Part shown: piece after piece, positions 1 to 10,123 of the stretch
How positions within the stretch are numbered: the first letter of the stretch is position 1
How the letters are laid out: the number at the start of each line of letters is the position of its first letter
From: a virus
Taxonomy: Duplodnaviria > Caudoviricetes
Direction: 5' to 3' (one strand)
Length of the DNA: 64,000 nt
IMG/VR virus record: IMGVR_UViG_3300024283_000013
Location: 2,838-66,837 of that record
Notes under the pieces: generated by a model
Databases searched by the model: none
What the model was told of the DNA's origin: nothing
Seen by the model: the letters and a program-made list of their open reading frames with translations, nothing else
Program-made: the position numbers and the translations under genes

Positions 1-190
1 GCTTCTCTAGGATAGCGTTGTTGGCAAACAGGGAAGCCACCCGATCGTTCGCCTCGCTGGTCAGCTTTTGATAGGCATTGATGCGCTCCTGTAACTGCTG
101 AATCTCCTGCTGGGCTTTCCCCAGGTCGGTCATCTGCGCCGAGGCCGATGCGCTCACCAGAAGCATGGCCAGTATCAAAATCCGCCTCAT
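1..190 (-). CDS. Signal-peptide coiled-coil protein (partial, runs off left edge)
   Basis: Translated by hand from ATG at 190: MRRILILAMLLVSASASA|QMTDLGKAQQEIQQLQERINAYQKLTSEANDRV; not in the supplied ORF track. Confidence 0.75.
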   Translation of the reverse strand, partial: MRRILILAMLLVSASASAQMTDLGKAQQEIQQLQERINAYQKLTSEANDRVASLFANNAILEK

Positions 191-201
191 TGCCTGAGCC
201 C

Positions 202-669
202 CTAGAACAGTGTGCACCATTGAGTCGCCGAGCCGCCGACCAACATCGTGCTTCCGTAGTTGGCGTTCATCACCAGCGTCCGCAACCCGTTGATCAGTTT
301 CCCCGACCCGGCATCCAAGGTGATGTTGTTGGTTCCCGCGTCACCCTTCATGTCATGAATGAAGATAATCCGGGACAGCGACGGCGTCGGCAATAAAACC
401 GGCGTCGGGCCCGCGATTGTCTTGTTTATCAGCAGGCCGGCATTGGTGGTGAACGTCGCCCCGGCATTATCCGTCGCTACCTTGCTGCTCAGCGCGAACG
501 ACACCAGGCCGAGGATAGTCGAAATCTCCACGACCGCCGCCAGTCCGCTCTGCGTGATCACCTCGATCAGATCGCTCTCGGAGATCGTCCCGCCATCGAG
601 TTTCTGGACCCCGAGAGCCTGCGCAACGAGAGGGACCACGTTGGTCATGAACGACGACTGCGATGGCAT
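202..669 (-). CDS. Small tail-fibre-type virion protein (no signal peptide)
   Basis: TPVLLPTPSLSRIIFIHDMKGDAGTNNITLDAGSGKLING resembles beta-rich phage fibre/baseplate domains; late-operon position. Confidence 0.6.
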   Translation of the reverse strand: MPSQSSFMTNVVPLVAQALGVQKLDGGTISESDLIEVITQSGLAAVVEISTILGLVSFALSSKVATDNAGATFTTNAGLLINKTIAGPTPVLLPTPSLSRIIFIHDMKGDAGTNNITLDAGSGKLINGLRTLVMNANYGSTMLVGGSATQWCTLF

Positions 670-682
670 TGGGGCACCCTGT

Positions 683-952
683 TCACTTGGTCCCGCAAGC
701 TGTGGCGAGTTGCTTGCGCAACTGAGCTATCTCCGCCTCCGCCGCTTCCGCTCGGGCTTTTTCATGCAGCCGCCGAGCCTCCACCGCCGCGTTCTGGGTC
801 ATGTGGTTCATCATCTTTCGATGCTGATCCGCAATCTTTTCGTTGGCCACGTCCAGTTGCTTCTGCAGTTCTGCGGCCTTGTCGACCGGCGTCTGCGCGT
901 TAGCTGCCACAGCTCCCAGAACAACCGCCAGAACAAGAGCTTTTCTCAACAT
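683..952 (-). CDS. Signal-peptide coiled-coil protein
   Basis: Real start is ATG 952, overlapping the upstream stop: MLRKALVLAVVLGAVAANA|QTPVDKAAELQKQLDVANEK; the longer track ORF is a shadow frame of the fibre gene. Confidence 0.75.
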   Translation of the reverse strand: MLRKALVLAVVLGAVAANAQTPVDKAAELQKQLDVANEKIADQHRKMMNHMTQNAAVEARRLHEKARAEAAEAEIAQLRKQLATACGTK

Positions 953-2763
953 CCAGTGACTCCCGCGCCTACGTTGTCCACGACCGTCGTCGGTGTGGCC
1001 GATGTCCCAGCATACGCCTGTATCTTTGCGGTTCCAGCACCTGTGCCGCAAACCGCTTCGAACTTTACGTTCGCGGCGCCCGGGGCGGTGCCCGAGGCCG
1101 TCACCTTGGTCATCACAACCGCCAGAGACGTCTTTATTGCACCAGTCACATCCAACGCCTGTGCTGGAGTGGAATTGCTGATGCCCACAAGGGGAGTGCC
1201 GCCGATGCCCGTGGCATAGATCGTATTGGCGACATTCAAGTAGTTCGAGGTATTGCTTGCCGGCACGTCGGTGTTCAGGCCGATCAGGATCACACTGGAA
1301 CAGGTAAGGCATGTTCCCCCGAGATTTGACCCCAGCCCGATGAGCCCCTGCGTCCCGCCGGTCTGATTGACGTAGTCGCTGTAGCCGAGAACGGAGTGGG
1401 CCCCATTGTCCGTGGAATTGAGCGACTTCAGGGACTGAGAACCCACCACCGTCGAGAACCCTCCCGTCGGATGAGATCCGGAAGCGCCCTGCAGGGTGTT
1501 CGCGCCGATCGCCGTAATGTGCACGCCTTCATGATGAGCGGCGGTATTGGTGCCGATCGCGGTGAAACCAGCCTGGTTCGTGTACCCATCCGTGGCCGCG
1601 CCTCCACCGACGATGGTGGGCGCGCTCGCCCCCGAGAGTCGAACGGCGGCAAACTCACCGATCACCACCGCGCCGAGGCCCGAGTGCAGGTTGTGGATCG
1701 CGAAGACGTTGAAGCCGGCGCCAAACGTCGTGAAGATGTTGTTGTTTAAGGTGATGGTGGTCGCCGTGTGGCTGAGAACCGTCGCCGGCACCTCCGTACA
1801 GCAAGACCAAACCGCATCCCCATCGACCACACCCGTCGTGCTCACCACGTTGATGACCGGCTGGCCTTGTGCATTGGAGCCGGTCGTCACCAGCGTGGTT
1901 GCGTCGCCATTGCCGGCCTCCGTCCCGATGATGACTCCGAGCGAGCCATTGCCAAACCGATAGGACACGTTGCCCATGGTGACATTGCTGGTGCCGGTCG
2001 ACAGGTTCGTCGATGTATTGCCTCCTACGGCCACATTCGAATTGGCCTGTCCTGTCCCGTACAAAGCATTGAAACCGATGCAGATATTCCCGGCCGACGT
2101 CCCGTTCAGAAGTAGGCAACTTGCCTCCCCCACTCCTACGTTCGTTCCGCCCGTAAGCGGTGTGCCACGCGGGCCGTCGGAGTGGCCACCACGCCCGGAA
2201 AATCCACCCAAAAATGTGTTGGCCGAATTGTTCCCTGCATACTGAGCGACATTGATGCCAACAAAGACGTTCGACTGACCACCAGGCACTTGCCCGGCAA
2301 CATTGAGACCAATTCCCACGCTGCCGGCATCGCTGGTGTTTGCGGCATATGCTCCATCCCCGATGGCAATGGTGCCATTCGTACCGCTGGACAGCGTGGG
2401 CATCGCACCCGCGCCCATGACGATCTGGCTCTGCGGGCCGCTCGCCCAGATAGCTCCCGTCAACGTAACGGTGCTGCTCGAGGCATTGGCAACGCCACTG
2501 CCGCCATGCCCCGGCGCCACGATTCCCGTCAGACCAGTTCCCGCCGGGAGGTTCGTTGCGTTGGTCAAATCGCCGGCAGATGGCGTCCCCAGATCACCGT
2601 TCTGCCGATAGTAAGATCCTGTGCCGGTTGCGTCCGGCATAATGCTGCCAAGTTCACCCGAAGTCGTTGGGCCAGCTACTCCATTGATAGGAGGCTTCTG
2701 AGCCTGCGCTGCCGCCGTCAGCAGCGCCAGGGTGACGACAACAAATGAAAGGAGCTTGCGCAT
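946..2763 (-). CDS. Trimeric beta-helix/YadA-head-like fibre protein with Sec signal peptide
   Basis: Repeats such as NVGVGEAS, NICIGFNAL, NVAVGGNT, ITAIGANTL; C-terminal VGISNSTPAQALDVTG; N-terminus MRKLLSFVVVTLALLTAAAQA|Q. Confidence 0.75.
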   Translation of the reverse strand: MRKLLSFVVVTLALLTAAAQAQKPPINGVAGPTTSGELGSIMPDATGTGSYYRQNGDLGTPSAGDLTNATNLPAGTGLTGIVAPGHGGSGVANASSSTVTLTGAIWASGPQSQIVMGAGAMPTLSSGTNGTIAIGDGAYAANTSDAGSVGIGLNVAGQVPGGQSNVFVGINVAQYAGNNSANTFLGGFSGRGGHSDGPRGTPLTGGTNVGVGEASCLLLNGTSAGNICIGFNALYGTGQANSNVAVGGNTSTNLSTGTSNVTMGNVSYRFGNGSLGVIIGTEAGNGDATTLVTTGSNAQGQPVINVVSTTGVVDGDAVWSCCTEVPATVLSHTATTITLNNNIFTTFGAGFNVFAIHNLHSGLGAVVIGEFAAVRLSGASAPTIVGGGAATDGYTNQAGFTAIGTNTAAHHEGVHITAIGANTLQGASGSHPTGGFSTVVGSQSLKSLNSTDNGAHSVLGYSDYVNQTGGTQGLIGLGSNLGGTCLTCSSVILIGLNTDVPASNTSNYLNVANTIYATGIGGTPLVGISNSTPAQALDVTGAIKTSLAVVMTKVTASGTAPGAANVKFEAVCGTGAGTAKIQAYAGTSATPTTVVDNVGAGVTGC

Positions 2764-2774
2764 CGCGTGATTTC

Positions 2775-3737
2775 TCAGTTCGCGGTGGACTCAAGGTAGA
2801 GCGAAGCGTCCAGAACCGTGCCGGTATCTGTCGCACCGTTCAAAATCCCGGTGAGGCTGAAATAAAGCGGGTTGGCGGCGGCCGAGGTGATGGTGACGGC
2901 TGCAGGCGCCAACGCCGCGTTGCTGCCGCCCGAATAGCCGAGGCTGCCGGCATTCTGACCCAGCAACTGGACGGATGTAGCGCTCTCCAGCCGCAGGGCT
3001 TGCGCGAGTGCCATCTGCCGGGACGCCGCGCTCAAGGCTACCAGGGAAAAAATCTGCGTGTCTGCACCGCCTCCAGTGACGACGCCGGTCGTGCCGATCC
3101 GCAATCCAATCGTGAAAGTATTGGTCGTGCCGGTCGTCGGCTTGAGGACATTCCACTCCCAATACAACCTGTCGTGCGTTTGCAGCAGCCCAGTCGGCAT
3201 TAGATATTGGAGGCCGACTGTCTCCGTCGTGGTGATGCCGGTAACTGGCGTATCGAGCGTCGCCAGCAGTGCCTTGCCGGAGACAGGTTTCCAGCGCGTG
3301 CCGTTGTACCTGAGTAGATTGCCGCCCGTGCCAAAATCACTGGCATAGGCCAGCGTGCCGGTCGCTGGCGCGGTCGCCTTGATATTTGCCCAGGTGTCCG
3401 CAACGATCGACGGCGTCGTGAGCGCCGCCGAACTGGACATGGCAACGCTGCCAGTCCCCGAGATGGTGTACTCGCCCAGAACACCCGCATTGTCGAATAG
3501 CACGCGCGTGGTGGTGCCGCTGGTGATCGTGGTTGTGCCGACCTTGATGTCAGCCGCCGTGCCCGTACCGCAGGCCTGCTGCCCAAGGCGACCGCTGGCG
3601 ATGTAGAGGCAATCGTTGTTGGTGCCGTTGGTGATCGGCGTGCTGCCGATGGTAAGCGTTGGCCCGGGAACCTGCCCGATCGCCACGAACGAAACCCCGA
3701 CCAACAGAAGAAGGGTAGCGAGGAGTATGCGCTTCAT
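2775..3737 (-). CDS. Fibre/spike-like protein with Sec signal peptide
   Basis: Thr/Gly-rich beta protein; GTTTITSGTTTRVLFDNAGVLGE fibre-like motif; MKRILLATLLLLVGVSFVAIG|Q. Confidence 0.65.
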   Translation of the reverse strand: MKRILLATLLLLVGVSFVAIGQVPGPTLTIGSTPITNGTNNDCLYIASGRLGQQACGTGTAADIKVGTTTITSGTTTRVLFDNAGVLGEYTISGTGSVAMSSSAALTTPSIVADTWANIKATAPATGTLAYASDFGTGGNLLRYNGTRWKPVSGKALLATLDTPVTGITTTETVGLQYLMPTGLLQTHDRLYWEWNVLKPTTGTTNTFTIGLRIGTTGVVTGGGADTQIFSLVALSAASRQMALAQALRLESATSVQLLGQNAGSLGYSGGSNAALAPAAVTITSAAANPLYFSLTGILNGATDTGTVLDASLYLESTAN

Positions 3738-3775
3738 GTTCAGGCTTCCTTGGTGGTCACTTATATCATTGACCG

Positions 3776-6700
3776 CTATGGGTTGTACTGAGAGCCGTGC
3801 TGGATGCGCTTGTCGAAGTTCTCCCGCTTCTGCAGCACCGCCCGCCCGGGGATGGTCGGATCACGGGACATGATGTATCCGGCCGCCACTTCCCGACTCT
3901 GCCGGATTTGCGCATCGACCACCGCTGACCGTGCCTCCGGCGGCATCTGCTTCCAGTCCGGAGAATTGACGATCACGTCCAGTCGGCTCTTGGCCATGCG
4001 CCCAGCCAGCTTGGCGAACTCGGCATGCTGCTCGTCCGTCAGTTCGACGCCGCGGATCTTGCGCTCGACCGGCGCCGGATACTTGCCGAGCTGCAGCATC
4101 GCCTGGTTGACCGGATCGGTGCCGACATGCTGCGCGTAGATCGCCAGCAGGCCCGACGCCCCGAGCAGCACCTCGCGGCTCGGAACTTCCTGCCCCCAGA
4201 CGTCATACTTCGGCAAAAGGTCCATCGACGCGCTCGGTATCTTCTGTCGGAGAGCGTCGATCGCAGTGCGCGCTTCCCGGCTGTACGGGTCGATCGCTCG
4301 AGCCGTTTGCGACATCAGCACGGAGTAGGGGAGGAAACTGGCACCGAGATTGCGCAGATAGACCGCACCGTAGCCGTTGTGATCCTCCACCGCCCGAACC
4401 AGCTCGGACGGTCCCCGCATGAACGACTCATCCAGCACGTTCTGCGTGATCGCATGGAACAGGTGGCCGCCGGCTTCGGTGAACTGGCCTTCGTTGGCAA
4501 GATGCGCCACGTCGTACAGGTCGGCCGCCATGCTGAAGAGCATGCCCTGGACGCCCAGCCGATGCGTGTCGTACCAGAAGTCGCCAATGCGAACGCTGTG
4601 TGCCTGGTTGCCGGCCAGCCGCCACATCGCCGCCTCGCGCGGATCGGTCGGCCCGGATCCGCTGACAAGCCCCTGCGCCGCCAGGCCGCCCACCAAGGTC
4701 ATGAAAGCGGTCCCCACCAGCATGCGAGCCAGCGCTTTGTCCTGCGCCACGTTCCCATTCAGCCCGCGCAGATCGCGGCCAAGCTCGGACTTGGGAGCGA
4801 AGTACGCCGCAGCCCCGAGCGGCGAGCGCTTGATCAGTGCCTCAGAGATGATGTTGCTCGAGATATGGACGAACGGATCGACGAGCTTCAACCATGGTGC
4901 CTGGAGAGCCGAGCCTTCAAAGAACTCGTGATTGAAGAAGGCGCTCATCTTCTGGGTGAACTTGGAGCCCGCCCCCATCAGCGTCAGGTCGTTCGCCGTG
5001 TGCCTGGCCCGCTCCATCATCTCGACGGTCGGGTTTTGCCGGAGCGCCGCAACCCGGGCGTCGAACGCCATCCCTTCCAGCCCTTCCGTCGCTGCCTTGC
5101 GATAGGCCTGCGAGGCGATGTCCATGCTGTAGTTCATCGACCGGAAGAAGGTATGAATGGCGCCGACGAACCGGCTGGGCATGCGCGCCACCTCGCCGGT
5201 CGGGATCGCCAGAGCGCCGACGCGCACGTTGGGGATGGTGCCCGTTGGCGAATACTCGGTGCCGAACAGGTTGGCGTCGCCCTTGTCGATCGCCTTCAGC
5301 ACGTCGTCGCTCACGAGGAAAGCATCACGCACCCCGCGCCCGATGCCGAACCACGAGGCCGCCACATCGCGCATGGTGGCATCCTCCTTGAGCGCGGCTG
5401 GGGTCACCAGATTGCGCCCCGTGTAGAACGGGAGAACCCCGCGCCCTTCCTCGCCGGGCAGCGCCGACGTCACGCCGGTGCGCAGCGATTCGAGAGACGA
5501 ATGAACGCTGGGAACATAGCCTCGGGCCGCCGCTGAAATCTGCGCTCCAACCTCGCCCAGGTGAACACGCTCACCTTCGCGCCCCATCGATTCCCGCACA
5601 CGCCCGATGGCCGCGGCCGCAGCCGTTTCGAAGATAGCCTTGTTCGTCGCAAAGATCGTGTTGCCGACGGTGTAGGTCGTGTGGGTCGAAACGCCGGAGA
5701 TCAGCCCGTTGATCCAGTATTCGATCACCATCCGACCAAACGACTTCTTCTGCATGTCGTTGATGAACTTGCCGATCTCCCGCGACGTTTTCATCTCGGA
5801 GCCGAGCTTCGCAAGCTCCCGCATCTGGAACAGCGTCTTGCCCATGGACGCCTGCGCAATCTCCGCAGCCGAGCCGCCTCTATTTTTCATAACCTGAAAA
5901 ATACGCAGAGTACGGCCACCTTCGGCTGCACCCCCGGACAAGGCTGCCTGCATCAACTGCGTCCTCGCAGTCGCCTCGGTAAACGCTAGAACGTCGGCCT
6001 CGGTCGCGCCCGGCAAACCGGCGATCTGCATCTTCGCTTCCTGATCCCTAGCCAGGGTCTCCCATGCCGCACCAAACGCCCACAGTTCGCCCGCGTTGTG
6101 CGCCTGCCCAATCTTGCGCGCCTCGGCCATCGACAGGGCCCCCTCGAGCCCGATTGCCTCTGCCTGACGCTGCACTTCAATGTCACTGACGATGCCCCGT
6201 CGATCACCAATGAAGCCGTCGTTGGCGTCGGCCATGTCCCGCATGGCCTGCCACAGCGTATCGTCGTTGGTGATCAGTTCTGGCCGAAGGTTTCCGGCTT
6301 TGTCGAGGTAGGGGGATTCTTTGGCTCCGTATCGCTGGGCTGGCCGGGGAGAGAGTGGAGGTTCAGAAGCCGGTCCAGCTCCTCGTTCGGATCCGCCCCC
6401 TCCTGATACGCCAGGCCCTTTTGCCGTAGCCGCGCCTCCGCCTGCGCCGCCCGCTGCATTCCCTTCAGCCACGTTACCGCCGCCGGGCTCAGTCCCGGCC
6501 GCGCCGCCGCCGCCTTCCACAGCGCCGCCCGCTTCAGCGCCATTTGCAGCTTCTCCTCCTCGCTCGGGGGCTGCTGTTGCTGCTCGGACTTCGGCGATGA
6601 TTGGTTGGATTTCACGCTGGACCTCCGGCGGCGGCTCTTGCGCCGCAATATCTTGCTCGGCAGCCATGCGGTCGGCAACGGCCGGTGCTTCGAACGGCTC

Positions 6701-9700
6701 GGTCTCAACGGCGTCCCGCTCCTGCACGTCGGCCAGGGACGGCTGCCGCTCGCGCTCCGGCGCGACCACCGTCCGCTGCGGCTCCTCTGCCAGCATGCGG
6801 TCGAACACGCCGCGGATGTCGTCGTTGATCGGCTTACCGAGGCCCTTGAGCGTCTGGTAGATGTTCAGCAGCCAGTCCTTGAAGCGGGCGAACACGTCGC
6901 CCAGCGCCCGCGACGGCGCCACGCCTTCCCGGAGGTACTGCTCGAAACCCTGCGCGAACTTCTCATGGTGGCCGCGCTTGATGTCTTCCCCGCTCTTGAC
7001 CTTCAGCCACTGGAGCACGGTGTCCCAGTCGTCCCGCACTTCACCAGGCGCCTCCGGGTGCGCCGCGTCCCGTCGCAGTTGCTCGAGGAAGTCGTGCCCA
7101 GCCTCATGGATGAAGGTGGAAGCATCGGCATCGCGGCCAAGCCGCATGATGCGCGTCACCGGATTGTAGGAGCCCAAGCGACGGCCCTGAAACAGGTCGT
7201 TTGCCGGTGCCCTGCCAGGATCATTATTCGTCGGAAACAGTTCACTCTGCTTGTACTCATCGACGTGCTGCGCCGCCCGCTCGACCAAGTCGCGGAAACT
7301 GCGCACCCGATCATGCGCCGCCCGCATCTCGTCCAATATCTGCTGCCCGACCACGCGGCTGCTGTCGCTCATGGTCACGTCAGAGATCACGCGCTCGAAA
7401 TCGGCAACGGCACCAGCGGGGTCATGCTTGCCGAGATCCACCAGTTCGGTCGGTATCGGCAGGTTGCGCAGGTTGCGGCTGAAGCGGTCGCCCTTCTTGA
7501 GCGCGTCTTCCCAGCGCTTCTCCACCTGATCGCGCAGGCTTATCACGTCGCTGTCGCGCGTCTGGAACATCGTATCTTCAATGCTGCCGATAATCTCGGA
7601 CGGAGTCTGTAGCGCTTCCCGCTCGTCCCGGATGTCGAACTTGTCGAACGCCCGATTGAACGCCTGTTCTGGTGTCTCGTCCGCGCCGCGATTGTAGTAC
7701 TTGGAGATGAAGGCGACCTGCTCCTCAGTGAGGGTATTGTCCTTCACGTAGCCGGCGATGATGTCCTTCGCCTCCTGCATCATCACGTTGAAGCGCGCGA
7801 TCTCTTGGACATTCCTCTCTTGCCTCGCCACCGCCTGACGGTTGCCCCTGCGTAGTTTCCCCGTCCTGGGGTTGATCCCCTTCATGCTCGTGCGAGACCA
7901 CTGCGGGTTCTCCGCCCAGATGCGCTCGACCTCTTCGCTCAAGGCGTCGGCGAACGGCTTGGGCCCTTCCGGCTCGGCATCCGGCAGGCGCTCCATGTAC
8001 TCGAGCATTTCCAGGCCCGTCGGGCTGGCCTTGGGCCCCTTCTCCGGCGGCGTGAACTTGTAGCGCGAGTTCCGTTGCCCCTCGAGGATGAACCCGTCAG
8101 GCAGCACCTCGCGCACCATCAGACCCTTCACCGGCCCAACCTCGACTGCGTCACCGACCTTCCATCCTTGGTACTTCTCAGGGATGGCCGGCGCCGGGGC
8201 TGCGGGGGCCGCTGGAGCCGGTTCCGCTGCGGCCGCAGGCGCGGGCGTCTCTGCCGCCGCTGGCGCTGCCGGGGCCGCCGGAGCCTCAGGAGGAGGCTGT
8301 CTCGGGCCACCCTCCGGGCCCTGGATGATGGCCCCCTCGCGCCGGTACAATTCCTCCGCCGTGCCGAGCTTGCCTTGGAAGCGCGCCGCCCGCGCCGCGT
8401 ACCGCTCCGCCATCAGTTTGCCGGCCGCCATCGCCTCTTCGTAGGGCCGCCCCGCCGTGATCAACTGCCGCGCCACGTCGTTTGCAATGAACGCCTTCTG
8501 GTCGCCCAGTGACTTTGTCCCGGTCCCGAATGTTTCTCCCGCTGCGCCACCGCCGCCTGCCGCCGGAGGCGCCACTGGCTGCACCCGCGGCTCGACTTCA
8601 TTCGGCTCGATCACCGGCCGGCGCCCAAGGTGCTCTTCCGCCCGCCGGTATGCCGCTTTCACTTCCAAGGAAAGGCGATCCATCTCCGCTTCGACAGAAC
8701 GCAAATCCTCGCCAAGCTGGCGCCCGCGGGCACTGGTCTCTCCAATCAGCGATGCCGCATGTCCCTGAAGCACCGCCTCCCGCTGCCGCTCTATATCGTC
8801 GGCCATGGCGTCAAGACGACGGCGCTCCGGCCCCCAGTTGGGCTTTTCCCTCTCGGCCTGGATGCGCGTGGCCTGTGCGTTCAAATTGTCGAGTTGAGCC
8901 CGAATAGATGGCGGGTGCGTTTCTTGCTGCCACTGCTGCAAGATCAAGCGCTGCCGCTCGAGCGCGTCGTATCGTTCGAAAAGCTCCGGCTCATCATGCC
9001 GAACGACGGAATGGATGTCCTGCTCATAGGGCCCGTATAAAACCGCCAATTCCTGCCGGTGCTGCTCGTCGGCGAGCATCTGCGCCGTCGGGTCCTGCAG
9101 GTGTGTGCCGCGGTAGACCTCCTCGGTGATCCCTGGTCCCATCACCCCGCGCGCCGCGGCCTCGGCGACGGTGATCGGCCGATCATCGGCGAAGCGCACC
9201 TCACCGTTCTCGTCGACATACGTGCGGCCGAACCGATCAGCCGCACTCTCATCGCCGTAATACCGCAGGCCCGGGCCACGCTGGTTCAGTTCCGTCTCGT
9301 AGATGCCCGTGCGGTAATCAGGATATCCAAAACTGAGAGAACGACCGTAGAGAACCTGGCCGACGGCCCGCCCCGTGTCCGCTACGCCGCGAACCGGCGC
9401 CGCGCCCAGTCCAGTCAGTCGCTCACCCAGCCGCGTCGGCTTATTGAAGACCACCCCAAAGCCAGTCGCATAGGCGACATTGGCCCAGTCGACATTCCCC
9501 TGCGCCGCCTCGGTTCCAAGCTCGAACCCTCCCATCACGGCGCCGCCGAACGCCCGCTGCGTCACCGGATTGGCCATCACCCGCTGCATCGACGTGGCGT
9601 TCTCCGGGAGCTTTGCCGCCTTGAACGACAAGCCGGGCCGCATCGTCAGGGCATATGGCGTCAAGCCACCCAGGAACGACGCCGTCGGATGCTGGCTCTC

Positions 9701-10123
9701 ATCCAGCCGCCTCTGCCGATCCGACATGCCGATCGCTTCGGTCCATGAGTCGGGAAGCTGCTTCAGCGCCCAGTCCTGCGCTTCTTCCGTCAGGTAGGCA
9801 CCGCCGAACATGCCGAGCGCACCGCCTACGAAGCCGCCGATGGCACCGCCGACAGCCGTGCCCGCAGGACCGGCGATCAGAGTGCCGACGCCAGCGCCCG
9901 CAAGACCGCCCGCCTCTACACCGGCACCAGCGCCAACCAGGCCGCCAGCCGCCGGCACCGCCCCACGCTGCGCACTGCGCCGGAACGCGCCCATCGTCGA
10001 TGCCTGAGGCGTCAGGTACTTCTCGCCCGGCTCCTCATCGAACTGGTCGAAACGGTTTGGCTTGCTGTCCGGATCGAGAGCGTCGAAACGGTTGGCCTTT
10101 GGTGCGATGTCCCCGTCAGCCAT
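3776..10123 (-). CDS. Large internal virion (ejectosome, T7 gp16-position) polyvalent protein, 2115 aa, with HExxH zincin domain
   Basis: Position after gp14/gp15-like genes; ASTFIHEAGHDF...HEKFAQGFEQYLREG zincin-like motif; helical C-terminal region typical of large polyvalent virion proteins. Confidence 0.75.
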   Translation of the reverse strand: MADGDIAPKANRFDALDPDSKPNRFDQFDEEPGEKYLTPQASTMGAFRRSAQRGAVPAAGGLVGAGAGVEAGGLAGAGVGTLIAGPAGTAVGGAIGGFVGGALGMFGGAYLTEEAQDWALKQLPDSWTEAIGMSDRQRRLDESQHPTASFLGGLTPYALTMRPGLSFKAAKLPENATSMQRVMANPVTQRAFGGAVMGGFELGTEAAQGNVDWANVAYATGFGVVFNKPTRLGERLTGLGAAPVRGVADTGRAVGQVLYGRSLSFGYPDYRTGIYETELNQRGPGLRYYGDESAADRFGRTYVDENGEVRFADDRPITVAEAAARGVMGPGITEEVYRGTHLQDPTAQMLADEQHRQELAVLYGPYEQDIHSVVRHDEPELFERYDALERQRLILQQWQQETHPPSIRAQLDNLNAQATRIQAEREKPNWGPERRRLDAMADDIERQREAVLQGHAASLIGETSARGRQLGEDLRSVEAEMDRLSLEVKAAYRRAEEHLGRRPVIEPNEVEPRVQPVAPPAAGGGGAAGETFGTGTKSLGDQKAFIANDVARQLITAGRPYEEAMAAGKLMAERYAARAARFQGKLGTAEELYRREGAIIQGPEGGPRQPPPEAPAAPAAPAAAETPAPAAAAEPAPAAPAAPAPAIPEKYQGWKVGDAVEVGPVKGLMVREVLPDGFILEGQRNSRYKFTPPEKGPKASPTGLEMLEYMERLPDAEPEGPKPFADALSEEVERIWAENPQWSRTSMKGINPRTGKLRRGNRQAVARQERNVQEIARFNVMMQEAKDIIAGYVKDNTLTEEQVAFISKYYNRGADETPEQAFNRAFDKFDIRDEREALQTPSEIIGSIEDTMFQTRDSDVISLRDQVEKRWEDALKKGDRFSRNLRNLPIPTELVDLGKHDPAGAVADFERVISDVTMSDSSRVVGQQILDEMRAAHDRVRSFRDLVERAAQHVDEYKQSELFPTNNDPGRAPANDLFQGRRLGSYNPVTRIMRLGRDADASTFIHEAGHDFLEQLRRDAAHPEAPGEVRDDWDTVLQWLKVKSGEDIKRGHHEKFAQGFEQYLREGVAPSRALGDVFARFKDWLLNIYQTLKGLGKPINDDIRGVFDRMLAEEPQRTVVAPERERQPSLADVQERDAVETEPFEAPAVADRMAAEQDIAAQEPPPEVQREIQPIIAEVRAATAAPERGGEAANGAEAGGAVEGGGGAAGTEPGGGNVAEGNAAGGAGGGAATAKGPGVSGGGGSERGAGPASEPPLSPRPAQRYGAKESPYLDKAGNLRPELITNDDTLWQAMRDMADANDGFIGDRRGIVSDIEVQRQAEAIGLEGALSMAEARKIGQAHNAGELWAFGAAWETLARDQEAKMQIAGLPGATEADVLAFTEATARTQLMQAALSGGAAEGGRTLRIFQVMKNRGGSAAEIAQASMGKTLFQMRELAKLGSEMKTSREIGKFINDMQKKSFGRMVIEYWINGLISGVSTHTTYTVGNTIFATNKAIFETAAAAAIGRVRESMGREGERVHLGEVGAQISAAARGYVPSVHSSLESLRTGVTSALPGEEGRGVLPFYTGRNLVTPAALKEDATMRDVAASWFGIGRGVRDAFLVSDDVLKAIDKGDANLFGTEYSPTGTIPNVRVGALAIPTGEVARMPSRFVGAIHTFFRSMNYSMDIASQAYRKAATEGLEGMAFDARVAALRQNPTVEMMERARHTANDLTLMGAGSKFTQKMSAFFNHEFFEGSALQAPWLKLVDPFVHISSNIISEALIKRSPLGAAAYFAPKSELGRDLRGLNGNVAQDKALARMLVGTAFMTLVGGLAAQGLVSGSGPTDPREAAMWRLAGNQAHSVRIGDFWYDTHRLGVQGMLFSMAADLYDVAHLANEGQFTEAGGHLFHAITQNVLDESFMRGPSELVRAVEDHNGYGAVYLRNLGASFLPYSVLMSQTARAIDPYSREARTAIDALRQKIPSASMDLLPKYDVWGQEVPSREVLLGASGLLAIYAQHVGTDPVNQAMLQLGKYPAPVERKIRGVELTDEQHAEFAKLAGRMAKSRLDVIVNSPDWKQMPPEARSAVVDAQIRQSREVAAGYIMSRDPTIPGRAVLQKRENFDKRIQHGSQYNP

